Shown: positions 12,241 through 22,689 of the stretch, piece after piece
Layout of the letters: each line of letters opens with the position of its first letter
How positions within the stretch are numbered: the stretch's first letter is position 1
NCBI GenBank assembly: GCA_024626585.2
Contig: JANKJI020000002.1
Coordinates: forward strand, 41,692,995 to 41,717,233
Length of the DNA: 24,239 nucleotides
Origin: Ginkgo biloba
Lineage: Eukaryota; Plantae; Ginkgophyta
Direction: 5' to 3'
Position numbers and translations under genes: made by a program
The notes under the pieces: model-generated
What the model saw: only the letters and a program-made list of their open reading frames with translations
What the model was told of the DNA's origin: nothing
Database searches by the model: none

Positions 12241-12390
12241 TTCTGGACCACCTCAACCATCTGGAGGGCCACAGAGGCTAACAACGGATGATGCTTTGGC
12301 CTATCTTAAAGCAGTTAAAGAAATGTTCAAGGACAGGAAAGAGAAATATGATGAGTTTCTTGAAGTCATGAAAGATTTTAAGGCTCAGAG
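12241..12390 (+). CDS. SNL: SIN3-like exon 2 (PAH1 start)
   Basis: CAG acceptor and GT donor. Encodes [40 protein letters not shown]. Confidence 0.93.
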
Positions 12391-12504
12391 GTTTGTAACT
12401 GATATTTTGGAAACTGACATAATGAACATATAGATCTAATTATTCATTCTTTTATTTGAGATGAATCCTGCAGTTTTTGAGCGGTATCTTTGGTTGCCTT
12501 GCAG

Positions 12505-12691
12505 AATTGATACAGCTGGTGTTATTGCCAGAGTTAAGGAATTATTTAAGGGTCATCGTGGCCTTATTTTAGGCTTTAACACCTTTCTTCCCAAAGGATA
12601 TGAAATTACGCTTCCACTTGAGGAGGAACCCCAGCCAAAGAAACAACCGGTTGAATTTGACCAAGCCATCAATTATGTTAACAAAATCAAG
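12505..12691 (+). CDS. SNL: SIN3-like exon 3 (PAH1 end, PAH2 start)
   Basis: Encodes [36 protein letters not shown]...[17 protein letters not shown] acceptor and GTAAC donor. Confidence 0.93.
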
Positions 12692-12791
12692 GTAACTCAG
12701 AAGAATATGTAAACATTTGAACATTTGTGGATTCAAGTTTTGAAGCTATCAATTGGTTCACTCATGGTTTTAATTGACGTGTTATTTTCAG

Positions 12792-12890
12792 ACTCGGTTT
12801 CAATACGACGAACAAGTATATAAAGCTTTTCTGGAGATCTTAAATATGTATAGAAAAGGAAACAAATCAATTAGTGAAGTATACCAAGAG
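12792..12890 (+). CDS. SNL: SIN3-like exon 4 (PAH2)
   Basis: Encodes [36 protein letters not shown] acceptor and GTGA donor. Too short for the ORF track. Confidence 0.92.
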
Positions 12891-13094
12891 GTGATGTTCA
12901 CCATCTTGCAATGTTTTCTGTTTTTGTTAAGATGAAAGATGAAACACATCCAGACATTATTTTTGTGCTTTCTTTGTGTTCATTTGGTAAAGGAAGTTTT
13001 GAGCTCTCATATCAAACAATCGATGTGGCAAATTGTCTTGTATTGCAAGACTTTGGATTGGAATGTTCTACTGAGATTTTATTTTTGGGGGCAG

Positions 13095-13266
13095 GTAGCT
13101 TCGTTGTTTCAGGACCATCAAGATTTGCTTGAGGAATTCACTTATTTTCTGCTAGATTCCTCAAATGCTCCTGTAAGAGCTACATCCATATCTGCTGTGT
13201 CGGGCTGAGAGAAATCAGGTAGCTCCTGTAAGAGCTACATCAATGAGGTATCCTCACGGGGAAAAG
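13095..13266 (+). CDS. SNL: SIN3-like exon 5 (PAH2 end) with +1 frameshift and TGA at 13206-13208
   Basis: Encodes VASLFQDHQDLLEEFTYFLLDSS...SG*. The likely ancestral exon end (ATSMRYPHGEK|GT at 13267) is in the +1 frame. Confidence 0.85.
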
Positions 13267-13371
13267 GTGGTTATTATGCATGTTTATCCTAATATCTAGC
13301 TTATTTGTATGGATTTTTTACTTACAAGTTTTATGTGTCTTTCCTTTGCCTGGCTGGACTTTTCTATGGTT

Positions 13372-13513
13372 AATGACTGTTACTTCACAAGTCGGTCATG
13401 ATTGTAGCTTTGAAAGACATTCTAATCATGATGTTGAAAAAACATCTATCAAGCTTGAGAAAGAGCAAAGGAAGAAGGTTGAGAAGGAAAAAGAGAGAAA
13501 GGAAGCTTGAGAG
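13372..13513 (+). pseudogene. SNL: SIN3-like exon 6 remnant
   Basis: Encodes TVTSQVGHDCSFERHSNHDVEKTSIKLEKEQRKKVEKEKERKEA*, with TGA at 13508. No AG acceptor sits directly upstream, and unrelated sequence cuts the exon off. Confidence 0.7.
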
Positions 13514-14552
13514 TGCAAACAATATTAGAATGTACCTTTTGAATACGCATCAAGATCCTGTTTTAAATTTCACACAAACTTCAAACTGGCAGCATCATGT
13601 ATAAAATAAAAGATCTTTGTTGAAATCAAACAGAATTCAAATCTCACTTTAACATTTCAAACTATCATCCTTCAGACTCAAGTTCAAAATGTTAAGAAAT
13701 AGANNNNNNNNNNNNNNNNNNNNNNNNNNNNNNNNNNNNNNNNNNNNNNNNNNNNNNNNNNNNNNNNNNNNNNNNNNNNNNNNNNNNNNNNNNNNNNNNN
13801 NNNNNNNNNNNNNNNNNNNNNNNNNNNNNNNNNNNNNNNNNNNNNNNNNNNNNNNNNNNNNNNNNNNNNNNNNNNNNNNNNNNNNNNNNNNNNNNNNNNN
13901 NNNNNNNNNNNNNNNNNNNNNNNNNNNNNNNNNNNNNNNNNNNNNNNNNNNNNNNNNNNNNNNNNNNNNNNNNNNNNNNNNNNNNNNNNNNNNNNNNNNN
14001 NNNNNNNNNNNNNNNNNNNNNNNNNNNNNNNNNNNNNNNNNNNNNNNNNNNNNNNNNNNNNNNNNNNNNNNNNNNNNNNNNNNNNNNNNNNNNNNNNNNN
14101 NNNNNNNNNNNNNNNNNNNNNNNNNNNNNNNNNNNNNNNNNNNNNNNNNNNNNNNNNNNNNNNNNNNNNNNNNNNNNNNNNNNNNNNNNNNNNNNNNNNN
14201 NNNNNNNNNNNNNNNNNNNNNNNNNNNNNNNNNNNNNNNNNNNNNNNNNNNNNNNNNNNNNNNNNNNNNNNNNNNNNNNNNNNNNNNNNNNNNNNNNNNN
14301 NNNNNNNNNNNNNNNNNNNNNNNNNNNNNNNNNNNNNNNNNNNNNNNNNNNNNNNNNNNNNNNNNNNNNNNNNNNNNNNNNNNNNNNNNNNNNNNNNNNN
14401 NNNNNNNNNNNNNNNNNNNNNNNNNNNNNNNNNNNNNNNNNNNNNNNNNNNNNNNNNNNNNNNNNNNNNNNNNNNNNNNTGAAGGTTTTTTGCTTCAGAT
14501 GTCAATATACTTCTTGACAGGCATAATACCTAATCATATTTTTTTAATGCAG

Positions 14553-14689
14553 ATGTGGATCAGCAGGAGTCACATTTCTGTGATAAAGTAAAGGCCAAGT
14601 TGCGTAATCATGATACATATCAAGAATTCTTGAAATGTTTGCACATATACAGCAAGGAAATAATTAATCGATCAGAGTTGCAAAGCTTG
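14553..14689 (+). CDS. SNL: SIN3-like exon (PAH3 start)
   Basis: Encodes [41 protein letters not shown] acceptor and GTAGG donor. Confidence 0.88.
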
Positions 14690-14838
14690 GTAGGTTGTAT
14701 TGTAGATGGATGGTGTGTTATGTAAATATAGTCTTCAAGGAATCAAAGTTGGTTTTCAATTATATCTTGAAATCAAGAAGGGTTTACGACTAAGGTAGAG
14801 TCGTGGTCTGCTTGTTTCATTGTCAATTTTCATTTCAG

Positions 14839-14914
14839 GTGGCTGATATACTTGGAAAGTTTCCAGATCTTATGGATGGATTTAATGAATTTCTTTCTCA
14901 ATGCGAGAACATTG
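14839..14914 (+). CDS. SNL: SIN3-like exon (PAH3 end)
   Basis: Encodes [28 protein letters not shown] acceptor and GTATG donor. Confidence 0.88.
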
Positions 14915-15057
14915 GTATGATGATAAGCATTTGAGATTTTAGCTAATGGTTATATTTTGTATTGTTGTTCTACTTTTGATGCTTTTTTGTTTTTTAAGTT
15001 TGGTTTTGAAAGATCTGCATGTGATTTTAGTAACATGGCTGTACAACAATCATGCAG

Positions 15058-15087
15058 ATGGTTTCCTTGCTGGCGTGTTTAACAAAA
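15058..15087 (+). CDS. SNL: SIN3-like 30-nt exon (DGFLAGVFNK)
   Basis: CAG acceptor and GTGAG donor. Phases agree with both neighbours, and the GFLAGV motif is typical of plant SNLs. Confidence 0.82.
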
Positions 15088-15367
15088 GTGAGTTCTTAGT
15101 GCAACTTGGCTTTGGATTTTATTTTGTGCCAGTGGACATTAAATTAAATATTTGCATTACTGTTCTTATTCTAGATGAAGCAAAAGGGATGGAGTGAGGT
15201 GGGATGGGGATATGTAGCTTGTGGTTAATTGTTGATGTTGGATTTTGATGACAAATCCTTAAGAAACAACTTGTAACTGGAGATATTTTCAGTTTGGATT
15301 AAGAAAGCTTGTTATACAATTTTGTTGTTAACTACTAAACTTTCTAAGTGTTTCAACTCATTTGTAG

Positions 15368-15644
15368 AGTCATCATGGGGAGAGGCATCACTCACAAAGC
15401 CTGTAAAGATGGAGAAGGATAGAGAGAAAGATAGGGAGCATGATCGAGAGTAGGAGAAAGAAAGAAAGGGAGAGACTGGATAATTCTACATCTTATTCAT
15501 CGATCCACAAGGTCTCCTTGCTCTCAAACAAGAATAAGCCAATTTTAGGGTTGGACCTCTCGAACTGTGAATGTTGTATTCCTAGCTATCATCTATTCCC
15601 CAAGAATTAGCCAAGGCCTACTGCAAGTCATCGCACTGATCTAG
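15368..15644 (+). pseudogene. SNL: Degraded SIN3-like exon, start of the HDAC-interaction domain, truncated
   Basis: Encodes KSSWGE...DRE*EK, a +1 frameshift, then [35 protein letters not shown] (consensus as recalled: [26 protein letters not shown]). Similarity ends abruptly at ~15644. Confidence 0.85.
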
Positions 15645-16625
15645 ACCATAATATATGCAACTAATGAAGAGGGTACAGTGGCATGGGGGCCATGAAATCA
15701 TGTGTTTCACTTTCACTGCATAAGCCTTTGGTTCAAGCCTTCTGTTATGTGCATTTAAGAGAAAAATCCCTAAAGATCGCTTTTTGTGTAGGTTTGGGTT
15801 TATCTCAACGAACCCTGACAAAAGGAGGCCTAAACATTCATGCAAAGGCATATGAAGCCAATTCATCAGATGTGGTTGATGATAGTGGCTGTAAAAGAGT
15901 AAGTCCTCTCTGGAAAATCTACTACTCAAATAATTGCTAATAGGGCAAATATCGGTATCTACTTAACCACATGGTAGACTCTTTTAGGCCATATCTTCAC
16001 ACATTTTTCTGGTATCTCAAACTCCTTTGAGAGTGGTATCTTGGCAATGATGGAGGGGGAAGGAAATAAAGGCAAAGAATCGGTTTCTCATAGTCTTCGG
16101 ATTATGCTTTTCAACGATGTTCTTGTTCCTTTGAAAATCAATGAAAAATATCTTTAGAATACAGAGAAGTTTTATGCTGCCAAGGGTCGAGTGGAATCAT
16201 ATAAGGTTCAGACCATGCAAAATATGTTCAAGAAAATCATGGCAAATATTTTAAGATGATGCATTTCAATCTATCAAAGAGTCGAGTCATGAATCTATCA
16301 AGTTTGCTTAAGTCTAAATGAGAATAAAGAGTTTACTGAGTTTGAAATTTAGTGCGTGACAAAAACAAAATTGTCATGGGAATTGTTATGTTGTGTCAGT
16401 TTTTTATTGTTATGTTGTGTTAATTTTTGACATCTTGTCGATTTGTTAGTTGAGTATATTGGTAGTGTTGTCAGTTTATGTGTTGTTTTTCTTAGGTTGT
16501 TACGTTAATATTGTATGTGTTATACTCCCATGACTTTGTAAACTGAAGATTGGTCAAAGATGACAATTGCAACATTAGTTGTAAAGGGCCCTACACTTGT
16601 GTTATTTTTTTGTTGATTGATCAAG
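15645..16625 (+). mobile_element. Possible degenerate LINE (L1-like) ORF2 3' region and 3' end
   Basis: Across a frameshift the sequence reads W..L..P..KGGLNI and later PLWKI, resembling the post-RT W..C.PK..GGL.I motif. A GT-rich tail follows. Support is weak. Confidence 0.35.
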
Positions 16626-17235
16626 TACTCGAATTACAATGGAAACAATATCGACTGTAGCAGATGATTTCATAAAGATAATGAGTAAAGATTATTTCAG
16701 AGATGCACAGATTTAGATCGACAATGTTACACACCTTGAAGTTTTTTAATCCTAGGTCCCTTTAAGCTAAGGTTTTTCTTCAAGGCGAACAACCACCGCC
16801 TTATTCTTATAGTAACAGGAAAATGTGATAACTCACCCACCAATTGAAAAACATAACTACTCGTTTGGATATTGAAATCAAGAAAATTGGTTAGAGTAGT
16901 AGGCAAAATGTGTGCCTCCTCCTTTGGAACTAGATTGTAGCACGGAGTAGAGAGCAATATGGGTGCCTCCTTCTTAATGTGGATGCCCCATTGATATTGG
17001 TATAGTCGATGCAATGGACTACATGACAAATGGGGGTCATCTTCACAACAAGCCCTATATCCAATGTGGCAACTAATAGGACTAGCGGTTGATGCAACTG
17101 GTTGCCCAAGCTGACCAATAGATGGCGCATATACCATTGGGATGTTCTTGACTTTAGTGAAGGTGGATGTCAAGGTTGGTTACTTATGCATTCTAGCAAA
17201 AATTGAAGATAGGAATCCGCACTATTTTTTTCTTA

Positions 17236-17600
17236 TTTGTCTCGGGACGAGACAAAGGTTTAGGCGTGGGGGAGTGTTGGAAGGTAAATTTCATAACATT
17301 ACATTATATTGGATTACTAATGTATTATTGTAAGGAGTAATTAGGTATGTGGATGGCAGTTGGGTTATTCAATCACCTCCACCACCTATAAATATATATT
17401 ATTGTCGATGATGGTATTTCAAAGAGTCATACTATTTGTAATGCTCAGGGAAGTCCTGGCTCTCGACACTTCCCCCTCATTTTAATGGAGCCTCTTGGAT
17501 TCTTATATCAATATGTGCATATCTCTTGGATGATTACGTTCTTGTATATCTACTTGATCTTCTTACTGCATGCTTGGATGTGATGGCTCTATGGCTATAT
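17236..17600. mobile_element. LTR retrotransposon end remnants (PPT + LTR start on both strands)
   Basis: Plus strand: GGGGGAG(17268-74)|TGTTGG, with TATAAAT at 17387. Minus strand: GAGGGGGAAG(17478-69)|TGTCGAGA, preceded by a HIDIR-reading stretch that recalls the copia RNase H motif. Confidence 0.5.
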
Positions 17601-17605
17601 GTATC

Positions 17606-18400
17606 TCATGTTCGTAGAAATCCTAACCAACAAGGGCAATCTCTCGCAAAATGGCCATGTTCATGACAACAACTACCGTTGAAAGGAAGAGATTCACAAT
17701 CTAATTTTTTGTGATAACTCAAGGAATCACTTATCTCTAGTTGGATAGCTACAAGGAACCCTTCTTCCAGATTGACCATCACACATATGTGAGCATAGTC
17801 ATCTAGCACCCTGGATTTAGTTCTTTTCGAGATCTTGATAAAGAATCGTATCTTGTTGCTTATATCTTTCAATATTTCTTTGTTCCACGAGTACTAGGGT
17901 AGAAAAGGGAGTTTGATCTAGAGTGGAACTTGCTTGGGAGATTCCATAGTTGGGTCAAAATTCTCATACCAGTGGTTTATATATAAACCTAAGGAACCTA
18001 AGAACTAAGGTCCTTTATCGAATATTGAATCTTTGTTTACGCTTTTGTTGAAAATGGCTAGGAAGAAGCCTCTTATGCAGATGGATAACTCTATTTCACC
18101 TTTAATAAGAGGGTCCTAGTTGATTTGCACCCATGAACTAAGGACCTTTAGGGCAAGGCATATGTTCGAGAACTTACAAATCAGGGCTCGTTGTTTTAGC
18201 TTTTCAAGGTCTAATTTGGCTTTCAAGAAGAAGATTTTCAAAGAAGGATTATTTTGGACCTTCTTCTTAACAAAAGAAGAGTTGATAGGAATTAATTTGG
18301 ACTTACTTGGAACACTTAATGAGGCAGCTCCCAACACTTATCTGTCTAACCCCTGGAAAGCCTGAGGTGGAGGCATTGCCCCCCTCCCAATCAAAACTTC
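17606..18400 (-). mobile_element. Degenerate L1-type LINE ORF1 (DUF4283-like region plus zinc knuckle)
   Basis: Reads RALICKF..LSSWVQIN*...GFFLAIF..KGP*F..GLYIKHW.ENFDP...YAHICVMVNLEEG...LDCESLPF..CCHEHGHFARDCP (CX2CX4HX4C-like). Contains stops and frameshifts. Confidence 0.85.
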
Positions 18401-19717
18401 TATGATAGAGACACCAGATGGCGACTAGCATGACATAAATATAGAACTCTTAACGACATATAAACCTACCAACCTTGAAACCTAATCTTGGAAGAAACTC
18501 TCACCTCTTTGTTGTGCTGCACTCCACCTTTTCCCCTCTGTGCAAAGACCCTACATATTGCCAAAATAGAGATGAATTGCTAAATGGAAGAAAGGAAAAT
18601 AAACCTACATTTCATAATATTTTCTTAATCTTTATATTATCTTTTCATTAATGATAGTATGATTTGACCTTTTGATCCACCTTTATTTCCTAAACTTTTG
18701 TGTTAGTATATAACATAAATATTTTTTAATATTAATGAGTTGTTTTTTTTCATATTAATGAGGGGCTAGTTGGTCGAACACCAAATTTCTTAGTATATAG
18801 TAAAGATATATATGTTCATTTACTAATTATGTAGTTAATTTGATCTTCTTTGCCTTGCCCTGCTAAACCAATTTCCACACTTGCAAATTTTCTATTCATA
18901 ATGGCCTCTCTAAACCTAATCACTTGCACACACTTGAGCAAATGTTTAGCAGCACTTGCTAAAATAAACATAGAAGTCTAACCTTGTCCGATATCTTTGA
19001 AAAAAATGAAATTATTGATTAATCACCATTGCTTTCTTCCTCTAAGACAATCTTGCTTATGCTAATTATTGCCCATGTTTTTGGCCTTATATCCCCCATC
19101 TTTTTTTTCTCCATTTTTGTGGATTAAGGCTTAAAAAACCAACATTTACATTCTAGGAAATATATACTTGAGTTCAATTGAAGCACTTGAACAAACATTA
19201 TAGAAAACATTTGCATAAATGAAATATGTACACTTCAAGTACATCCCATTATCACTTGAGCTCCTAATCCATGTGTTCATGTACTTGTTGCTTTTTGGTT
19301 ATATGGTCAATTGAAAGGTGTTTGGGGGTGGTAGGGTATTTATGCATTTCANNNNNNNNNNNNNNNNNNNNNNNNNNNNNNNNNNNNNNNNNNNNNNNNN
19401 NNNNNNNNNNNNNNNNNNNNNNNNNNNNNNNNNNNNNNNNNNNNNNNNNNNATAATTTATTATGTATAGGTGCTTTGCAATTATGTTGACTTCAGATTTT
19501 GTGTGATTCCTTTTTTGCATTTGTTCTCTTCAGGCCTTCGCAGGAGCAATAATACACTTGCATAATAGGAAAGAGTATTCTAGTAGTTGTGTGAACTTGA
19601 TTGATTTGTTGTTGGATTTTATTGTTTGAGCTACTTGTTTCCAGCAAACCTTGTAATGCTCATAAACTGTGTTGCAAGATATCTGATGCCCATGTCTCAT
19701 TGTCTTTTTTTTTACAG

Positions 19718-20347
19718 CTCTTCTAGCAGAGATCAAAGAAATAAACGAGAAAAAGCGGAAGGAAGATGATGTGCTTCTTGCAGTTGCCGCTGGAAATAGA
19801 AGGCCCATAATCCCTAATTTGCAGTTTGAATACGCAGATCCTGACATTAATGAAGACTTATATCAAATCATTAAATACTCCTGTGATGAGGTATGTACAA
19901 CAATGGAGCAACTGGATAAAGTAATGAGAATTTGGACCACTTTCTTAGAGCCTATGCTGGGTGGTCCTCAACGATCTCATGGTGCAGAAGATACAGAAGA
20001 GGTGGTGAAAGTGAAGACTTCTGTTGCAAAGGGTAGTGGAACCAGTATAATAGAGTGATGGTAGTGTTGGTGTTGACGTTGCAAATACTAATGGGAAACA
20101 ACGGACTCCTGTTGGGAACAACAAGGAAAACATAGCAATCGAAACAATTCGCAGGGTTAGAATGGAAATGGTGAGACTGTCGTTAAGGGAGATGGTATTC
20201 ATGAAATAGATCAAAGTGGGTGTGAGGTGAGGGTTCATTTGGAAACTCACACCAGGGAAAATTGCAGACCACTTCTTTTGTTGCTAATGAAATAGTGAAT
20301 ATAGTCATGTAGGGTGGTCGTAGTGAAAGTTCGATGACTCAAATACT
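19718..20347 (+). pseudogene. SNL: SIN3-like post-HID exon region, frameshifted after ~20055
   Basis: TTTACAG acceptor, then [39 protein letters not shown]...[10 protein letters not shown], then TGA at 20056. SDGS... and NGETVVKGDGIHE continue in other frames. Confidence 0.85.
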
Positions 20348-21205
20348 ATGCATGTTGTTGCAACAGATTTAGGGTTTAGGATGATTGGGGTCAGACCATG
20401 TAGTAGGGATTGGTATGACACCGCGAGGCGTGGTCACACAAGTAGTGATGGTGGGCTTGAGCCCACTTCGAAAGTTAAGGGGGCACCCTTAACAAAGGAA
20501 AGCGATAGAAGGTTAATGGGATTGAGAATGGAGAGTTGGTCAATGGATTCAAAACTAGATGCCTCAATTTTGAGATACCTTAAAGAGGGAGTTGTACATA
20601 TTGGCTTGAAAGTTGAAAGGGAAGAAGGTGAATTGTCACCTACTCCAGAGACTGAGGATCGACAAAATGCACTGTATTCTAATGCTGGCAATCTCATTTC
20701 TGGGATGGATGCCATGCCTAAAGGGAAGGACACTGCAGCAAACCGACAGTATCGAATTAGAAGGGGAGAAGATGAAGAGGTTGAATGCGGTGGTGAGGCA
20801 GGAGGAGAACATGATGCTGATGCAGATGATGAGGGAGAAGAGAGTCCGCAAAGGTCAACCGAGGACAGTGAGAATGCTTCTGAAGCTGGTGAGGATGTTT
20901 CAGGAAGCGAGTCTGGAGAGGGTGACGAGTGCTCCCATGAGGATCACGAAGAGGAAGAAGAGGATGAGGATGAAGAACATGAAGATAATGACGGAAAAGC
21001 TGAAAGTGAAGGTGAGGCCGAGGGAATGGCTGATGCGCATGATGTTGAAGGAGAAGGGACATCCTTGGCATTTTCAGACCGTTTTCTGTTAACGGCCAAG
21101 CCTCTGGCAAAACATGTACCTTCTGCTTTAAACAGCAGAACACAGAATGCTTCTACGATTTTCTATGGCAATGATTCTTTTTATGTCCTGTTCAGGCTTC
21201 ACCAG
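20348..21205 (+). CDS. SNL: SIN3-like open exon segment (acidic region and start of the Sin3 C-terminal domain)
   Basis: Encodes [11 protein letters not shown]...[30 protein letters not shown]...[10 protein letters not shown]...[15 protein letters not shown]|GT. The first ~85 codons are partly out of the ancestral frame. Confidence 0.85.
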
Positions 21206-21295
21206 GTACTCTTCACTGTGGGCCTATCTTTAATGATCATTCAGCACTAAATTATTTTGGATTAGGCTTTTCTTACTTGTTTTGTCATAGTGCAG

Positions 21296-21396
21296 ACATT
21301 GTATGAGAGAATCCTCTCAGCAAAGAAGAATTCATTATCCGCTGAACGGAAATGGAAAAGTTTGAAGGACACAAATCCTCCCGATTTGTACGCAAA
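21296..21396 (+). CDS. SNL: SIN3-like C-terminal domain exon
   Basis: Encodes [37 protein letters not shown] acceptor and GTGAG donor. Confidence 0.92.
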
Positions 21397-21530
21397 GTGA
21401 GTTGCTTTGGACATTTTTGTTTTTGTACATGCTCTTTCAATGTTTTTCCTTTTTTGTTTGTTTGTTCTTGCGTGTGGTTTTTGGGTGCTGTTTTGACTGC
21501 CAATGGTTGTTTGATTTATGTGAAGTGCAG

Positions 21531-21669
21531 ATTTAGGAGCATATTGTACAGTTTACTTGATGGCTCAGCTGATAATGCCAAGTTTGAGGATGATTGTCGA
21601 GCAATCATTGGTACACAGTCCTATGTGCTGTTCACATTGGACAAATTGATATTCAAACTTGTCAAACAG
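21531..21669 (+). CDS. SNL: SIN3-like C-terminal domain exon
   Basis: Encodes [49 protein letters not shown] acceptor and GT donor. Confidence 0.93.
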
Positions 21670-21767
21670 GTTTCGTTATTAATATTCCTGTCCAGTTCCA
21701 ATGTTTGCGTTCTACTACTTTAATAAGTGAAAGTTGTTTTGGTCCTCATTCATGTGTTTTGCTTCAG

Positions 21768-21920
21768 CTTCAAGCTATTGCTTCAGATGAGATGGAAAAT
21801 AAGCTGCTTCAGCTACATTCATATGAAAGGTCCAGGGCACCTGGAAGATTTATTGACCTCGTAAATCATGCTAATGCTCGTGTCTTACTACAGGATGAAA
21901 ATATTTACCGATTTGAATGT
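21768..21920 (+). CDS. SNL: SIN3-like C-terminal domain exon
   Basis: Encodes [16 protein letters not shown]...[18 protein letters not shown] acceptor and GTAAG donor. Confidence 0.93.
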
Positions 21921-22125
21921 GTAAGTTTTTTAGCAGTTTGTGTTTACCATATAATCGATATATATTTTTATGCAGCAAAAAAATTTAGCTTGTTTGAAAA
22001 CTCCATCTCCTAAGCCGGAGTAATTGCATGCTTATGGGTAAATCTTGGTCAATACTCTGTAAAGCTTGAAAGCAAATTGGAACTCAGTGTTACACTTCGT
22101 TGTTATTGGTGTGATGTTTTGGCAG

Positions 22126-22289
22126 ACATCCAATCCTACTCGGTTGTCCATCCAACTTATGGAACGCGGGCCTGAAAAGCTTGAAGTTGCAGCTGTTGCC
22201 ATGGAACCTTCCTTTGCCAATTATTTGAATAATGAATTTCTGTCATCAGTTCCCGACACAAAGGAAATACACCATGTCTTCCTTGCAAG
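22126..22289 (+). CDS. SNL: SIN3-like C-terminal domain exon
   Basis: Encodes TSNPTRLSIQLMERGPEKLEVAAVAMEPSFANYL...VFLAR. CAG acceptor and GTAC donor. Confidence 0.92.
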
Positions 22290-22407
22290 GTACCCTGCCT
22301 TCCTTGTGAGGTCCCAGATCTCACAGAAGTAATCTGCGCAAGTTTGTTTCTACTTTCTCATTTTCTTTGTTGTAGGAAAGTCTAATTCTAGAAAATGCTT
22401 GGTTCAG

Positions 22408-22519
22408 AAACAAGCGCAAATATGCCAGTGATGATGAGTACTCTTCAACCTACAAGGCAATGAAGGGCGTTCGAGTGGTGAATGGGTTGGAGTATAAGAT
22501 ATCATGCAACACATCTAAG
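22408..22519 (+). CDS. SNL: SIN3-like C-terminal exon
   Basis: Encodes NKRKYASDDEYSSTYKAMKGVRVVNGLEYKISCNTSK. CAG acceptor and GT donor. Confidence 0.9.
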
Positions 22520-22689
22520 GTCTCGAGGGATATTTGTATTTAATTAAGTAGGAGTTTGCAAGTTTGATTAAATGTGAGAGCACTTTTGAAAGAAGAATGA
22601 TTTCCTGATGTAATGTTCTTTGTGGCTTGGGTATCTTTGATGAAGTACATTTAATTATGCTAATGAACTTGTAAATGCGTATGTGGCAG

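Noticed and set aside
9609-14591. Long ORFs such as 9609-10649, 9887-10594, 13684-14505 and 13689-14591
   Set aside because: Their length comes from N-runs. The same applies to the ORFs at 22805-23333 and other X-containing ORFs.
16727-17173. 148-aa minus-strand ORF as a gene
   Set aside because: It has no motif I recognise and sits amid LTR debris.
15645-18400. Single LINE with a twin-priming 5' inversion
   Set aside because: The inverted ORF1 part lies downstream of the putative 3' end, which is the wrong order for twin priming. Separate insertions are more likely.
20434-21143. Antisense and alternate-frame ORFs over the acidic SIN3 exon
   Set aside because: These are shadow ORFs of GAR/GAY-rich coding sequence.
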